From assembly GCA_051942165.1 (NCBI GenBank), contig JAVECS010000002.1, forward strand, positions 1 to 64,000: a stretch of 64,000 bases of DNA, given 5' to 3'. The position numbers and the translations under genes were made by a program. The number at the start of each line of letters is the position of its first letter. Position 1 is the stretch's first letter. The stretch comes from Circinaria calcarea (lineage: Eukaryota). The notes beneath the pieces were generated by a model. That model saw only the letters and a program-made list of their open reading frames with translations. It ran no database searches and had not been told where the DNA came from. Below, one piece after another: positions 24,816-36,816 of the stretch.

Positions 24816-26444
24816 TGGTTCACTCAGACTGCACGATGGATGAATCAATAATGAGAACCTGGACTCTAGTGTGTGCGGATAACTCTGAGGTGCCCTAGGA
24901 GCTCGCGGTAGCGCTTATGAGAGAATGGTTGCTGGGCTTGACTTTCTAGATGGTCAATATAGAACTGACCGATTGGGGACTTTCCAAACCAACAGCCATG
25001 AACAAGAAAACGACATGGTAAATAATGAAGGTCGGAATGAAGAAAGGCAAAACATCGAAGGAGATCAAGCCGTGGATTGATAAACAAAGCAAGAGAGAAG
25101 TGCCAAGTTAGATAGCCCATCGGTAGAAGGGATTGGAAAAGCAGAGACCAAATTAAATCCCGTTTGCCTCAGTCTCGCTGGTGAAGCAGCTTTGAAAAAG
25201 CGCGAATCGGAAGCTCTGCACAGCAACGAAGCCAGCGAGGAACAGCCCAATGGGAGTCAATGGTACTCAGTCTATACCGTTCATCTGACTCAAGCTTAGT
25301 ATGGATAGCACCTACATTCCTGAAATACGTTGCTCTCTTTATTTGCCGGTCGACTTGGTTTCGACTTCTCCCATTATCCCAGTCAAGGGATTTCCTCAAA
25401 CCGCTTGATTATTTGCGCTTCCTCCTCGGTCAGCGTGTCATAAAGAGGTAGTAAACAAACATACAAAATACAGTTACCACGAATACATCTGAACAACTAT
25501 CAACGAACCTCCATGCTCCGACTTGAGATTGCGAGCGTGCGCCACATCCCATCTGTGATTAAGAAAACCACCTCTACCACACCCCCACAATCTCCACCGT
25601 CACCGCCAGTCACAGAGTCTGCCCCTCCCCGCCTAATATACAATTTCACCCCAGATACGTTAGGGTTTCCCTCTACGATTGCTTGGCCGCGGTCCCCAAT
25701 TCAAATCTCCCCATCATATATCGAGAGGCTAAGAGCTATCAGAACGGTATAAATGGGAGACTGAAAAGCGCGGACCACTAACGAATCAATATCCCATGAG
25801 ACGATTGTAATCTGCACCGAATTGGTCGATTTGTGGGCTTCGCCAAGGCACCGCGCCGAAGTGGCTGCCGGAATTGCGGCGGGCACTGTCGGTCCGTCCT
25901 CGGGGAGGGGAAGCCGGAGCGGGTAAGATGGAGCCGAGTTGAGACTCGGAGGGCTTGGAAGGATGGAAAGTGGAAGCGGGGTGGTAGTGCTGAGGTAAGA
26001 AAAGGGTGCGCATACGAGTCAGAAGGCACGGAATGTTGTACACGAAGGAGAGCGGGGAATCTCAAAGGATTTCAAGAGGGCGACGATAATGAGAATGTCT
26101 TCTGTATTTTATACATTCTGGATTGCTGGGCAGCGAGTGTAAAGTGATCCCAATGCTATTATCAACCCCGCCATCATCGCCCATGGTTCACTCTTGTGTG
26201 TAGTGCTAGATGCTCGCGATGAAGACCATCATTGCTTTGCTGCCAGATTGTATTCGTGTCGCCAAACACCTCCCAACCCATATTCTATGTGCCTAAAGCA
26301 CCGCCCTTAAGCACCCCCATTGTGTAGCCAAATGTGCAGAAAACTATAGTGGTGAACGGTATGATTTGATAACTAAAATTGGTATGAAACTCGTTAGAAG
26401 GAAATCACGTCCTCGGACTCGACGAATACGCGGCTCTTGTATCG

Positions 26445-27227
26445 TCAACGAGCGGCGATAGCATTGCTCTTTTTCGAGAATGCCCTTGCCCAGGCCTTCT
26501 TCTTTGGCGCTATGGGTGCGACTTCGGTTTGGGTGGCGGGTTTTGGAACTGGAGCGACATCGAGCAATGGGGCTTCGCCGACTTTACGGGGCGAAGTCTT
26601 GTTGGCGTAATCGAAGCTGTTGACTTCCTTCTGTGTGGTTGGTAGCTCTAGTATTTCTTTGAATACGATTAGCACTGATGGTACATTAGTCGACCATGGC
26701 CGATAGATTACTTACGGGATGAAGATGAGCTGACCGAGTTTCCCGAGGAACCAGCTGGTGAAATTTCTAACCCCGAGTCAGCCTTTAACCCTTTAACGGT
26801 TCTAGGGATAGGACTTACGGTTGCTCGCGAGAGGACTCTTGCCGAGGTTGGGTCTTTGATTCGAGTAACCATCATAGCCCTGATAGCCCAGATGTGACCT
26901 CCTGGACTGAATCCTGGGTCGGGAGGCCCGTGAGCTAGGTGCATCGGAACTGTTGTAACTAGCGTTTCGATTGATGGAGGTATTGATTGAAGTTGCAAAG
27001 GACAGGTCACTGTTGTTCCTGCTTATCCGCCTGTGGTTCTGTATCCGGATAGCAGCTCGGTCCTCTTCCTTCCAACTGGATGGTGCCCCTGACAAGGCAT
27101 CTATGGCGGCGTGTGTGGGAACGTGCCTGTACGCGACCTTTTTGGTTTCGTCGCTATTCTGGGGCTTGGCTTCTTTGTGCTGGTCGGCAGCCTTCTTGGC
27201 ACCCTTGATCTTGGAGAAGATAGACAT
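26445..27227 (-). CDS. Small conserved Pezizomycotina hypothetical protein (basic, Ser-rich), 3 exons
   Basis: MSIFSKIKGAKKAADQHK..YRHVPTHAAIDALSGAPSSWKEEDR; GTAAGT introns at ~26818-26767 and ~26714-26660; ends KKKAWARAFSKKSNAIAAR. Confidence 0.75.
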
Positions 27228-30200
27228 GTTGCGTGTGTTGGGAGGCAGCGACAGTGGTTGACGAGCAATATAGGAGTTCCGTCCAGGATCGGATTGTTGT
27301 GAATGTATGATTCGGACTCGACAGCCTCGTAGTGGTCCAAGAGAAGGGAGGGGAGATCGACGTAATGGGATGTTCCTCTCTCCCTGGCCGTATTTTTAGC
27401 ACCGAAGCTAGGATGATGATGCTATCGTATCCCTGGAAAACGAGATAGTTCCCGTTGGTGCGGGTGCTGGGGGAAAAGCAGCCTGTCTTGGGAATTGGTT
27501 GAATTCGGAGGAGACCAGTAGGAAGGAAAGTCTTCTTGGGTTCTTTGGATGAATGTTGGGAGAGTACGTGATATGGACCAAGAAGCTGATAGGCAAAGAG
27601 AAGAGGCCAGTGCCCGGGTCCAGAATCGGTCTCGGTAAAGATTGGCAGGCGATATGCAAGTGAGAGCTAGGGTGGGATTGCGCAGGATGCAGGATGAAAA
27701 GAAAGTCAATGAACGTGGGCAAGGGGCTAATTATAACGTTGAATACTCCAGGAAAGTTTGATCGACAAGCACCATCTGGATGGCCCTCGCGTTCGGTCTT
27801 ATCTGCTGCCCATCTAGACTAGAGGCTGCAACTGCAAGCGCTGCCTCTTCCGTTTCTGGCTTCCCATTACTATCCATGCCAGTGCACTCCTACGCGCGTT
27901 GCAGTGTCCGTGGCGAAATCTCGAACACTCGACACCACACCTGCATGGCATAAATTAGACGACTGGACGGTGCAAACGATCGAAAGGAACCCAGCCGCCG
28001 TGAGTCGACTGAAAGGAAAGAGTCGCATTTGGGTCCGCTTGGCCGAAAGCGTGAGCATTCGATACACATGTCTTGGTAGAATTGACATGGTCGACGTGGT
28101 CGAGACGTGTACCGAAGGCGCGACCACGGTAGCAGACGACAGACCGCTGCTGAGAACGATTGGACCAGTGCAAACTCTACCATTCACGTTTGCTCCCGAA
28201 GTTGAATTTCGCCATATCCGCCAGTAGGCTAACCCCAAGGGACCCGTTCTCACCACGACGCCAACTTTTCTGGGACAGCCACTTGGCACGAGCAGCCGTG
28301 GCGCGACCGGAAATGGGAGCTGGCATCAAGAGGAGGACATTAGTTTAGTCGGGATGGCTCGAATGGCTCCGAGCTGAGTGGATGGTGGCCAGCCAACGCA
28401 CCCAACAAACCTAAAGAGCCAATCTGGAAGTGACCTGGAAGCCGGACGGGAATGCTTGCGCAGTCGCGAGAGATACTGCAGGCTAATCCGATTATGCAAG
28501 TACCTCTCATGCACCACTTGCCCCATATCTTCCGTCTGTTTCCCGAGCCGAAGAAACCGGCTTCGACGAAGAGTTCCGTCTCTGCGGGTCGAGGACATGT
28601 ACGGTAATTCCTACCGTCACTGCTGCCGTCCTCCCAAAAGACATGGCGAAGTCGGACCGGCACTGGAGAGACTGAGCCGAGACCCTCATCGCCACCTGTC
28701 TTTCCTTGCCCTCGATCGCTCTGGGCGCAAAGTATGGCTACCTTAGTACTAGGCGTAGATAGTTCTCAAGATCAAACCCTAGTAGTACTTTTGCCTACTT
28801 GACTTCTACCATGTACGGTACTCCCCTTTCTGACACCCGGCAGTCTGGTTCCGGTTGCACTAAGATTAAGCTGATCTCGCTTACAAGGATGCCACATGTC
28901 CGACCAAGATAGTTCCAATGAGGACACCCTTTGGGCACAGTCTCCTTTCTCACATCGCATAGAGATTCGAGAAGGGGCCCTGTTACCTGACCTACAGTGC
29001 ATAGGTAAGCACACTGAAGCCCTCGTGTATGCATGATGCATGATGCAGTGCGATAGCCAGCTAACACAGAGGCCACCAGTCCCTCGGCTTCAACATCCCC
29101 GAGTTCTCAGCCATTGTACCTCCGCAGGCAGGCATCTACTCCGTTCTCCTGTTCACACTACCTTGAGGCCCGGGAATTGGTGATTTGGGGTTGCATGAAC
29201 TACCGCAGATGCAGCCGCCCCACTCCCTCGCCGCAACCTGCCAAAAGAAAAGGACAAGGTCCCAGTGCCCAGCTTTCACTTCCATGCAAGAGATCGGATT
29301 GCGTGGCGATCGATTATCAGTGTCGGGATCGAATGATACGTCACGGCCTTGCCATATAGTGGGGGCCATCAAATGTGCATGAAATAGGTCGCTCGTACGG
29401 TCGGCCATCGGGGTCTTGAATCGCCGACGCTCTGCAAAGGTAGAAAATAAAAGGCCTTAGCCACTATCTTCTAAAATATTGCAAGTCTTCGGATTGACGG
29501 CTTTACTAAAGATTAACGGTGTGGTATTGGGCCGAGTATTGTACGACTTGAAATTCGGCGTCCTCGTACGCACGAGTGGGTTAGGCCTCGGGCATCTTCT
29601 CCCCGCTTGGTTACTGGATAGTGTGGCTACCACTGCAGGACGCCCATCCACCGTAAGTTACCAAGGGATCATTTTGGTGCCATTGCACATTAATAGGTCA
29701 GGATACTGGTAATTCATCAGCAAGATTAGATTATGTCGGGGTAGCTCGAAGTACACATGCAAGGCATTATCGAAGATCATGACGAGTAAAACCCGTCTTG
29801 AGTCACAATCCGCAATTCTTCAAATTTCGTGAAGACGAAGGACGGACCTGTGAGCTGTAAAAAGCGTCCCATTCTAGTTCCTCCTTTTCGAGTGAAGGCC
29901 TGAGCTCCAGCTAGAAAAAGCCGTCACTAGGCTTGCTAACAGGATACACTCTTCACTCGACATGGTCTGTGTCTATATAAGCTCTGATATAATGCCTGCA
30001 AAGAGGAGAGATTGGGGGACAAGGCTTAATGGACTACCAGTACCCTAGGAGAGCGAAATGGCTGGATAAGACAGGAGAGCGAGCATGCATTGAGCCCTCT
30101 TCAACTTATATTCAGGATTAATAGACCGCCTGACGAGGGGAATAATGATTACTAGAGAGCATCGCTTTTGCATTTATATTATTCACTAGAAGTATTCGCA

Positions 30201-31279
30201 TCTTAGGCCAAGGTCATGTCGCACAGTTGGACCTGAATGACGTTGAAGGAAGAGCCTATTCTACCCTTCTACCACTACAAAAGCAGTTGTGTACTGATGA
30301 ACCAAAATAAATAAAGAATGGGACTAATAAACTCCACTTTAGACGATTGTAACAGATCTTCCATAAACCTATCTGCTAATGTCTGTAGGAACATGTGCAT
30401 AATCTATTATCTTGCGTTTTAAAGCAAAGAATCACCATTGTCAGTGTAGGTACTGAATTGCCTAGTTCTCAACCCTTTTCACTCACAATGGTAAACGACA
30501 TCCGATTCCAAATCTAGAACATCAGTAATTTCCTTATATCTATTGAAAGACAAAGCTGCGCATACAGGTCCGACCGCCTGAGCTCATTGTCATGGTAGAC
30601 AGGTCATGGTGTAGTACCAGATGTCTTGCTGGAATGTCTCCGTCCACCAATTCGATACCTTAAAGTCCTTTTGCTTTTCCAAGACATTCATCACATGCGC
30701 CGGCAGGCTAGAGAAGAACACTCACTCAGTTGGTCCTCTAGTCGGTATTTCATACAGAAGAGGTGACTTCGCCGTGCCTTTGATAATTCTAGGGTACCGA
30801 TGAGGAACGCTGTGATCAAGCTTTCTTGAATATCACCCAAGGTACGTTTGGAAACCTAATTGGCTTGAGATCGCCTGGCCTTCATGGACAGGCACCACGA
30901 GGGAGATCCTAGAACAGAAAATGGTCCTACAGATGGCCCGAACCGATAATTGACAGGCCTATCAAAGATCTGACAAGATATCGGTACACCTTCCCTCCCC
31001 CCCCCCAATGATCTGCATGATTCCCACGTGCAACACTAGGCGGGTCTCGCCTTATCGTACCCTTCAGTAGGGAAATATGCCTAGGGGAAAAATCGATATT
31101 TTCCTTTCATTACCTCCATTCAGATTTCTGCCTCGCTCGAAGTGGCCGTTTTGACTTCCTTTTGAATATAGAGTGAGCGACTTCCGGAGTCTTTGCGCTC
31201 ACTGTGCGACTACGAAAGCTCCTTTGTACACATCTCCTACATCCCCTCCAGCTTACAACATCGGCACACGGTACCCGCC

Positions 31280-32573
31280 ATGGAAAGAAAAACCGACGCC
31301 ATTGAGGTATCAGCAGCTGTCCAAGGATATCAATCCCAAGAGGGATCGCCTGGGATTAATGCATCGCCGGCAGAACATGGCGCGCCCGAGTGGGTTGGTG
31401 TCGACAATGGGACTGGACTGGGTAGGGATCAAGGGAATAGGGCCTTGACGGTAGAAGAGATAGAAGAAAGCAAGAAGGGTTGGTTTGCCTATCTTCGGAC
31501 CCGGGGGTTCTGGATCGTCCTGCTGCTGGGACAGGTTCTAGCCCTTTGTATCACAGCAACAAACACTTTCTCGGGGCTGCTCGTGGAGCGGGGAACGAGC
31601 ATACCGGCTTTTCAAACGTGGTTCAACTATGTGCTGCTAAGTCTAATATATACGAGTTATACGATATACAGATATAGCTTCAAAGGGTGGGCGAAGCTGA
31701 TCTTAAAGGACGGGTGGAAATATTTTATCCTCTCCTTCCTCGACGTCGAAGGTAATTACTTCACCGTCCTTGCATACCGCTATACAAATATTCTTTCCGC
31801 TCAATTAATCAACTTTTGGGCCATCGTCCTCGTTGTCGTCATTTCATTTCTCTTTCTCCATGTGCGCTATCATCCCACCCAAATCGCTGGGATCTTGGTT
31901 TGCGTGGGTGGCATGGGGATTCTGCTCGCTTCAGACCATATCACGGGGTCTAATGGTGGAGATATTAGCCGCGGGAACCAGTTGAAAGGCGACCTTTTTG
32001 CTTTGGTCGGCGCAACATTCTATGGAATGAGTAATGTGGCAGAAGAATTCTTGGTATCGAAGAGGCCGTTGTACGAAGTTGTTGGGCAACTAGGCTTCTG
32101 GGGGATGATCATCAATGGGGTCCAAGCTGGCATTTTCGATAGAGCGAGCTTTAGAACTGCAACGTGGGATGGTGTTGTTGGTGGTTATATCATTGGATAT
32201 ACTCTTTGCTTAACGATATTCTATTCACTTGCACCTCTTATGTTTCGACTTGCAAGTGCTGCGTTCTTCAATATCAGTCTACTGACAGGTAACTTCTGGT
32301 CAGTCAATGCCGTCTCCTCTCCTCAAATCCACTGCATGTACTGACGCTGTCGGCAGGGGGGTCGTCATCGGCGTCAAAGTGTTTGGTCTTTCAATCCACT
32401 GGATGTACCCCATTGCGTTCCTCTTGATTATTGGTGGCCTGGTTGTTTATTTCATCGGGAAGAAGGTCTTGGGCGAAGCACGGAAACCGTGGTTAGGGAA
32501 GAATCAAGAGGGAGGTGTGAATGGAGTTGGCACAGCTAGACGACGAGCAGAAAGGCCGAATGCAATCGTCTGA
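31280..32573 (+). CDS. Solute carrier family 35 member F (DUF914) transporter, 2 exons
   Basis: LGQVLALCITAT, DVEGNYFTVLAYRYT, GDLFALVGATFYGMSNVAEE, FNISLLTGNFW; intron ~32300-32355. Confidence 0.9.
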
Positions 32574-33518
32574 AATATAGAGATTCAATACTTGACGCGA
32601 ACGGATGAAGGGCAGGGCTCTATTGAAGAGCCTTCCATATAGGTGGACGGCGGTGCAAGCACTTTTTCACCTCACAACCCTTTCGACCAACCATACTCAT
32701 GATACAATTGTATACATGTACATATCATACATCTTGCAGATCAAGAGGCCCTTTCAAGTACTTACTGCATCCTTGGCCAGAGCTTCCACCTAGGTACTTC
32801 TACATGGATTTCACTTACTCCGTACTAACTTAGAAAAAGGGAAAGGGTAGTCTCGCCCTTGCTTGGGATTTTGTCATGTGTGAACAAATGTTCGGAATGA
32901 GGAGTTGATAAGTCAGGCGGGATCTACCGTCGACAAGTACCTAGAATCTTAACAAATAGCCAGGGCCGCAGGTTTTTAAAACTGAAGGTATATCCGCTCA
33001 AGTTCAGTGTGTGGACGCCAAGTGGAAACGCTTCCGTTCTGGAATTTACCGAATCGAATGTAGTGCGGGAGCAGGCTTACAGCTGATATGTATCGAGCTT
33101 GCTGGGTGTTTGTCAATGGTAAGTCCGGCTTGTCAATTAAAGAGAGGTTACAAACCCGCCCGGATCTAAGTAGCCCGGTCGACCCGAGGCCGAGGCATAG
33201 TGCTCGCTAATGTGATTAGCTAGGCTTAGTTTGTCCTAGCTGGGGAGGAATCGATTACGCTGACATGTCATGGACTGGTACGAGACGGTGGGATATGTCA
33301 GGTCAACCAACAGTACAGGATGCCGTTCATTACCAATCGCTTTATGAAGGAGCCCTCGTTGATTTGCTATCATGGTGTTAGAAAATCAAACGTGCGAATG
33401 GTTTTAAAGTTTCACGAAGGAGCTCTGACTGACAAATTCAATCCTAACATGCGCTCCTCCATTCACACCCCGTAGGCATCACCATTCAGACCTCTCCTTC
33501 ATCACCAAACCCTCCGAC

Positions 33519-35431
33519 ATGGAAAACAACGAAGTCTTCGAGGCCGACGCCACTCTCGACCGTACTCTCAGCTCATCTCCGCCACCGTACCGGAGACGGC
33601 AACTAGATAATGGTGGAACAAAAGTAGCTCATGGGAAAGCGGAAGCACATAAGGATAGGGATTACGAAATAACACCCCTTTTATCGCGAGACCACGACAG
33701 TGGATTTGGCACTCGATTGTCGACCCCGGATGAGAACGACGGCCGCTCCCCACCATCGTGGTCTGGAGAGCGAGACTTCGAGGGCAAAGCTTGGTGGCAA
33801 AGGCCATCAGTAAGCCACGTCCTGATCTCCCAAAGCTACACCCACTAACAGGTACGGATCAAAGGTTCTGTGGCTGCTACCGCCTTTCTTCCTATACACC
33901 ATGGCATTTGGAGGAGTGGTCGTGCCAAAGCTGAATCTCATTCTCTCCCTAATCTGCCGAGAGTACCTGTCGGACCGAGCTACGGATGATCCGAACTTTC
34001 AATTCCTGCCAGTGGACATTCTGGGCGACAACCCCCAATGCCGGATCCCAGAAGTACAGTCCTTGGTATCGAAATTCACATTGTATATAAGCTTAATCGC
34101 TGGGAGCCTAACCGCCATTTCCAGTCCTAAGTTAGGAGCCTTGTCGGATCGTTACGGTCGAACTAAAGTCATAGCCTTGACCACGTTTGGCATGTTACTC
34201 GGTGAGGTCATCAATATCATGCTAGCAACCTACTCGGATATGTTTTCGGTCAACTGGCTTCTTTTGGGCGCTGCTTTTGATGGAATGTGCGGCTCCTTCA
34301 TCGCGTGCATGGCCATTAGCCATGCCTACGCCAGTGATTGCACTCCCCCTCCAAAGCGCGCGGTAGCTTTCGCCTATTTTCACGGCTGCCTCTTTACAGG
34401 TATAGCATTTGGACCCATCACCGCAGGCTACATAATCAAAGCGACTGGCCAAATCGTCACTATCTTCTATATTTCTTTTGGTGCTCATCTCGTTTACCTC
34501 ACCTGCCTCCTGTTCGTGATACCCGAGTCGTTGACCAAAGAGCGTCAGCTCAACGCACGTGCAAAGACAAATTTCATTGGAGAAGCGGAGGGCTGGGCAT
34601 GGAGCTGGACCAGCACGCTGAAAGCTATTGGAAATGGCGCCGGACTCTTCGCTCCTTTGTCGATCCTGTGGCCGACGGGTGAAGGATCAAGTCGAGCTGT
34701 GCGACGTAATCTCGCCCTACTCGCCGCTGTTGATACCACCATGTTTGGTGTAGCCATGGGCTCCATCACGCTGGTGATCATTTACTCTGAATACATGTTT
34801 GGATGGGGAAATTTGGAATCTAGCGTTTTTGTAACCATTGTCAATGTCTGCCGTGTCACTATTCTGTTGGTCGTTCTTCCTCTTGTCATTCGCCTCGTTC
34901 GTGGGCGGACTGGCAGTACTCCGCAACGCAATTCTGGTTCTGATGGACTCGAACTCGCCATTATCCGTATAGCCATTGCATTCGACATGCTTGGATATAT
35001 TGGCTATGCTACCGTGCGAACTGGCAGCCTCCTGATCGTTTCCGGAGCAATTGCTGCTATCGGTGGTATGGGATCGCCGACTCTGCAGTCAGCTCTCACT
35101 AAACATGTTCCACCTGATCGAACCGGCCAGCTGTTAGGGGCGATAGGGTTATTACATGCCTTGGCGAGGGTCGTAGCACCCACGATATTTAATCTCATTT
35201 ACGCTGCGACGGTGGGAAAGTTCTCGCAGGCAGTCTTTGTGTGTTTGGCCGCAACTTTTGGAATAGCCTTTACAATGAGCTGGTTCATTAGGCCGCATGG
35301 TACGTTGACTCCTTCTAATGTGAACAGTGTCACTGTGCTAAACAGACGCTACAGTGTATTTTGATGAGCCCGAACATCCCGATTCTCTTCCTCAGCCGGG
35401 CGCAGTGGACGGTGAAATCGAACGAGCATAG
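33519..35431 (+). CDS. MFS transporter (tetracycline-efflux/SLC46-like), 3 exons
   Basis: PKLGALSDRYGRTKV motif A, HAYASDCT, LQSALTKHVPPDRTGQLLGA; ~12 TM; introns 33810-33864 and 35300-35353. Confidence 0.9.
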
Positions 35432-36816
35432 ACTGCAATCTTTTTTTCAATTTATAGATTTATGAAGCGATGGAGCTACTTTGAGGGTATGCATTGGGAC
35501 TGTTCAGGCAATCTTGTTGATCTGCAAAGCTTCTTCCCGTTATATATTGCCTGTACTTAAGAGACATGTACACGCCCAACGAGAGTTTATGAGAAATTTG
35601 ATACCAGGCATGTCAATATATATATCTCCTATACATTGAGCTCTGTCAGGTCTCCAAACAGTGGGAGACGGTCGTGACAGAATTAGCATGACCGTTGGAT
35701 TCTGTAAAAAGAGGTAGTTGAGCACAGAAAAACATGGCGGCCGAAGGGTCTAATTACTGCCTGAACGAATGAATCTCTTGTTTAAACCAGATGGCCGTTT
35801 AGTTTGACATCCTAGACGTGGAAAAGCAATCGACGGATCTTAGACGGGCGGAGAATCAAGTGTCTGTTGAGGAGGCTGAATAGATATCGTGACAGGTGTG
35901 CAGGAATCGTTGCCCACTGGTGTTTGAAGGTTGCCTCGTACTCACTACCTGCCCGACTGGAGATGAGGAACGAGCTTCAATACGGCATTGGACGAGATGT
36001 AGTTTATGCATGAGGGGTCCTCCGAGATTACACTACCATTACACTTCTGCTCACCCCCCACGTATCCCTAAACTTAGAAAGTGGACCGTTGAAGCGTTAC
36101 CGTGGTTCTCCCCGTCGGAATTGTTGTCGTCGGTCGACAATCTCTGATCGGGCATGTCGGCGTGTGCCGTGCCTGAAATCGTTGATGCGCCTTGAGATTG
36201 CAACTTGCCAAGGTATCTTGCCTTACCATATTCCTTAAGCTAATCTATTTTTACGTCATGCCCGAGGGCCTACCTTAATCTACCGTACCACGCCACACGC
36301 TGTGCTGATCAAACACGCAACACGGTTTCAAGCTCCAGTGTACGGGGGGTGACTTAGGTACCCTACCATCTACGGTCCCCCGTTCCCGTTATCGCCGTTG
36401 TCAGCACGTTGTGTTTTCCGCAACGACGAGCCTTGCCCGCTCCTGCGAGTAAAACCTGGGTGGACCCTTTGATCGTCTTGCAGTATCGAACGCTAGCAGC
36501 CTGGAACCTCCCGACTCTGGTCAGAAGCTGAGCGCATTCGCGCAGCACACAGAAGCCAACCGGCGAAACACCATTCCATTGTTGAGTTGACCGAGTGGTT
36601 ATCCCCATCGATTACACGGCAGCAAGGCAGGTTGAATCTCTTCCAGAGTACTTGCTGCGCAGGTCGGCGAATAGCGTTCCCTACGTCAAGTAGGCAGCGC
36701 GACACGCGACCTTGTCCCTTGAGCGCATCGCACCCTAATCTTTCCCAATACCGTGTTTGCTCTCGAAGGGCCGCCTTAGACCCTTTTGGAGAGCACAGAA
36801 GGGATACAGGCCTGCT

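Noticed and set aside
25659..25667. AACCCTAAC (minus strand) as a telomerase RNA template in a GC-rich non-coding stretch
   Set aside because: About 3 such 9-mers are expected by chance in 64 kb over both strands and six permutations (another lies at 10117); no pseudoknot or CR4/5 recognised
25800..25900. RNase P/MRP-like AATTCGGTG motif
   Set aside because: Other conserved regions not found; needs Infernal
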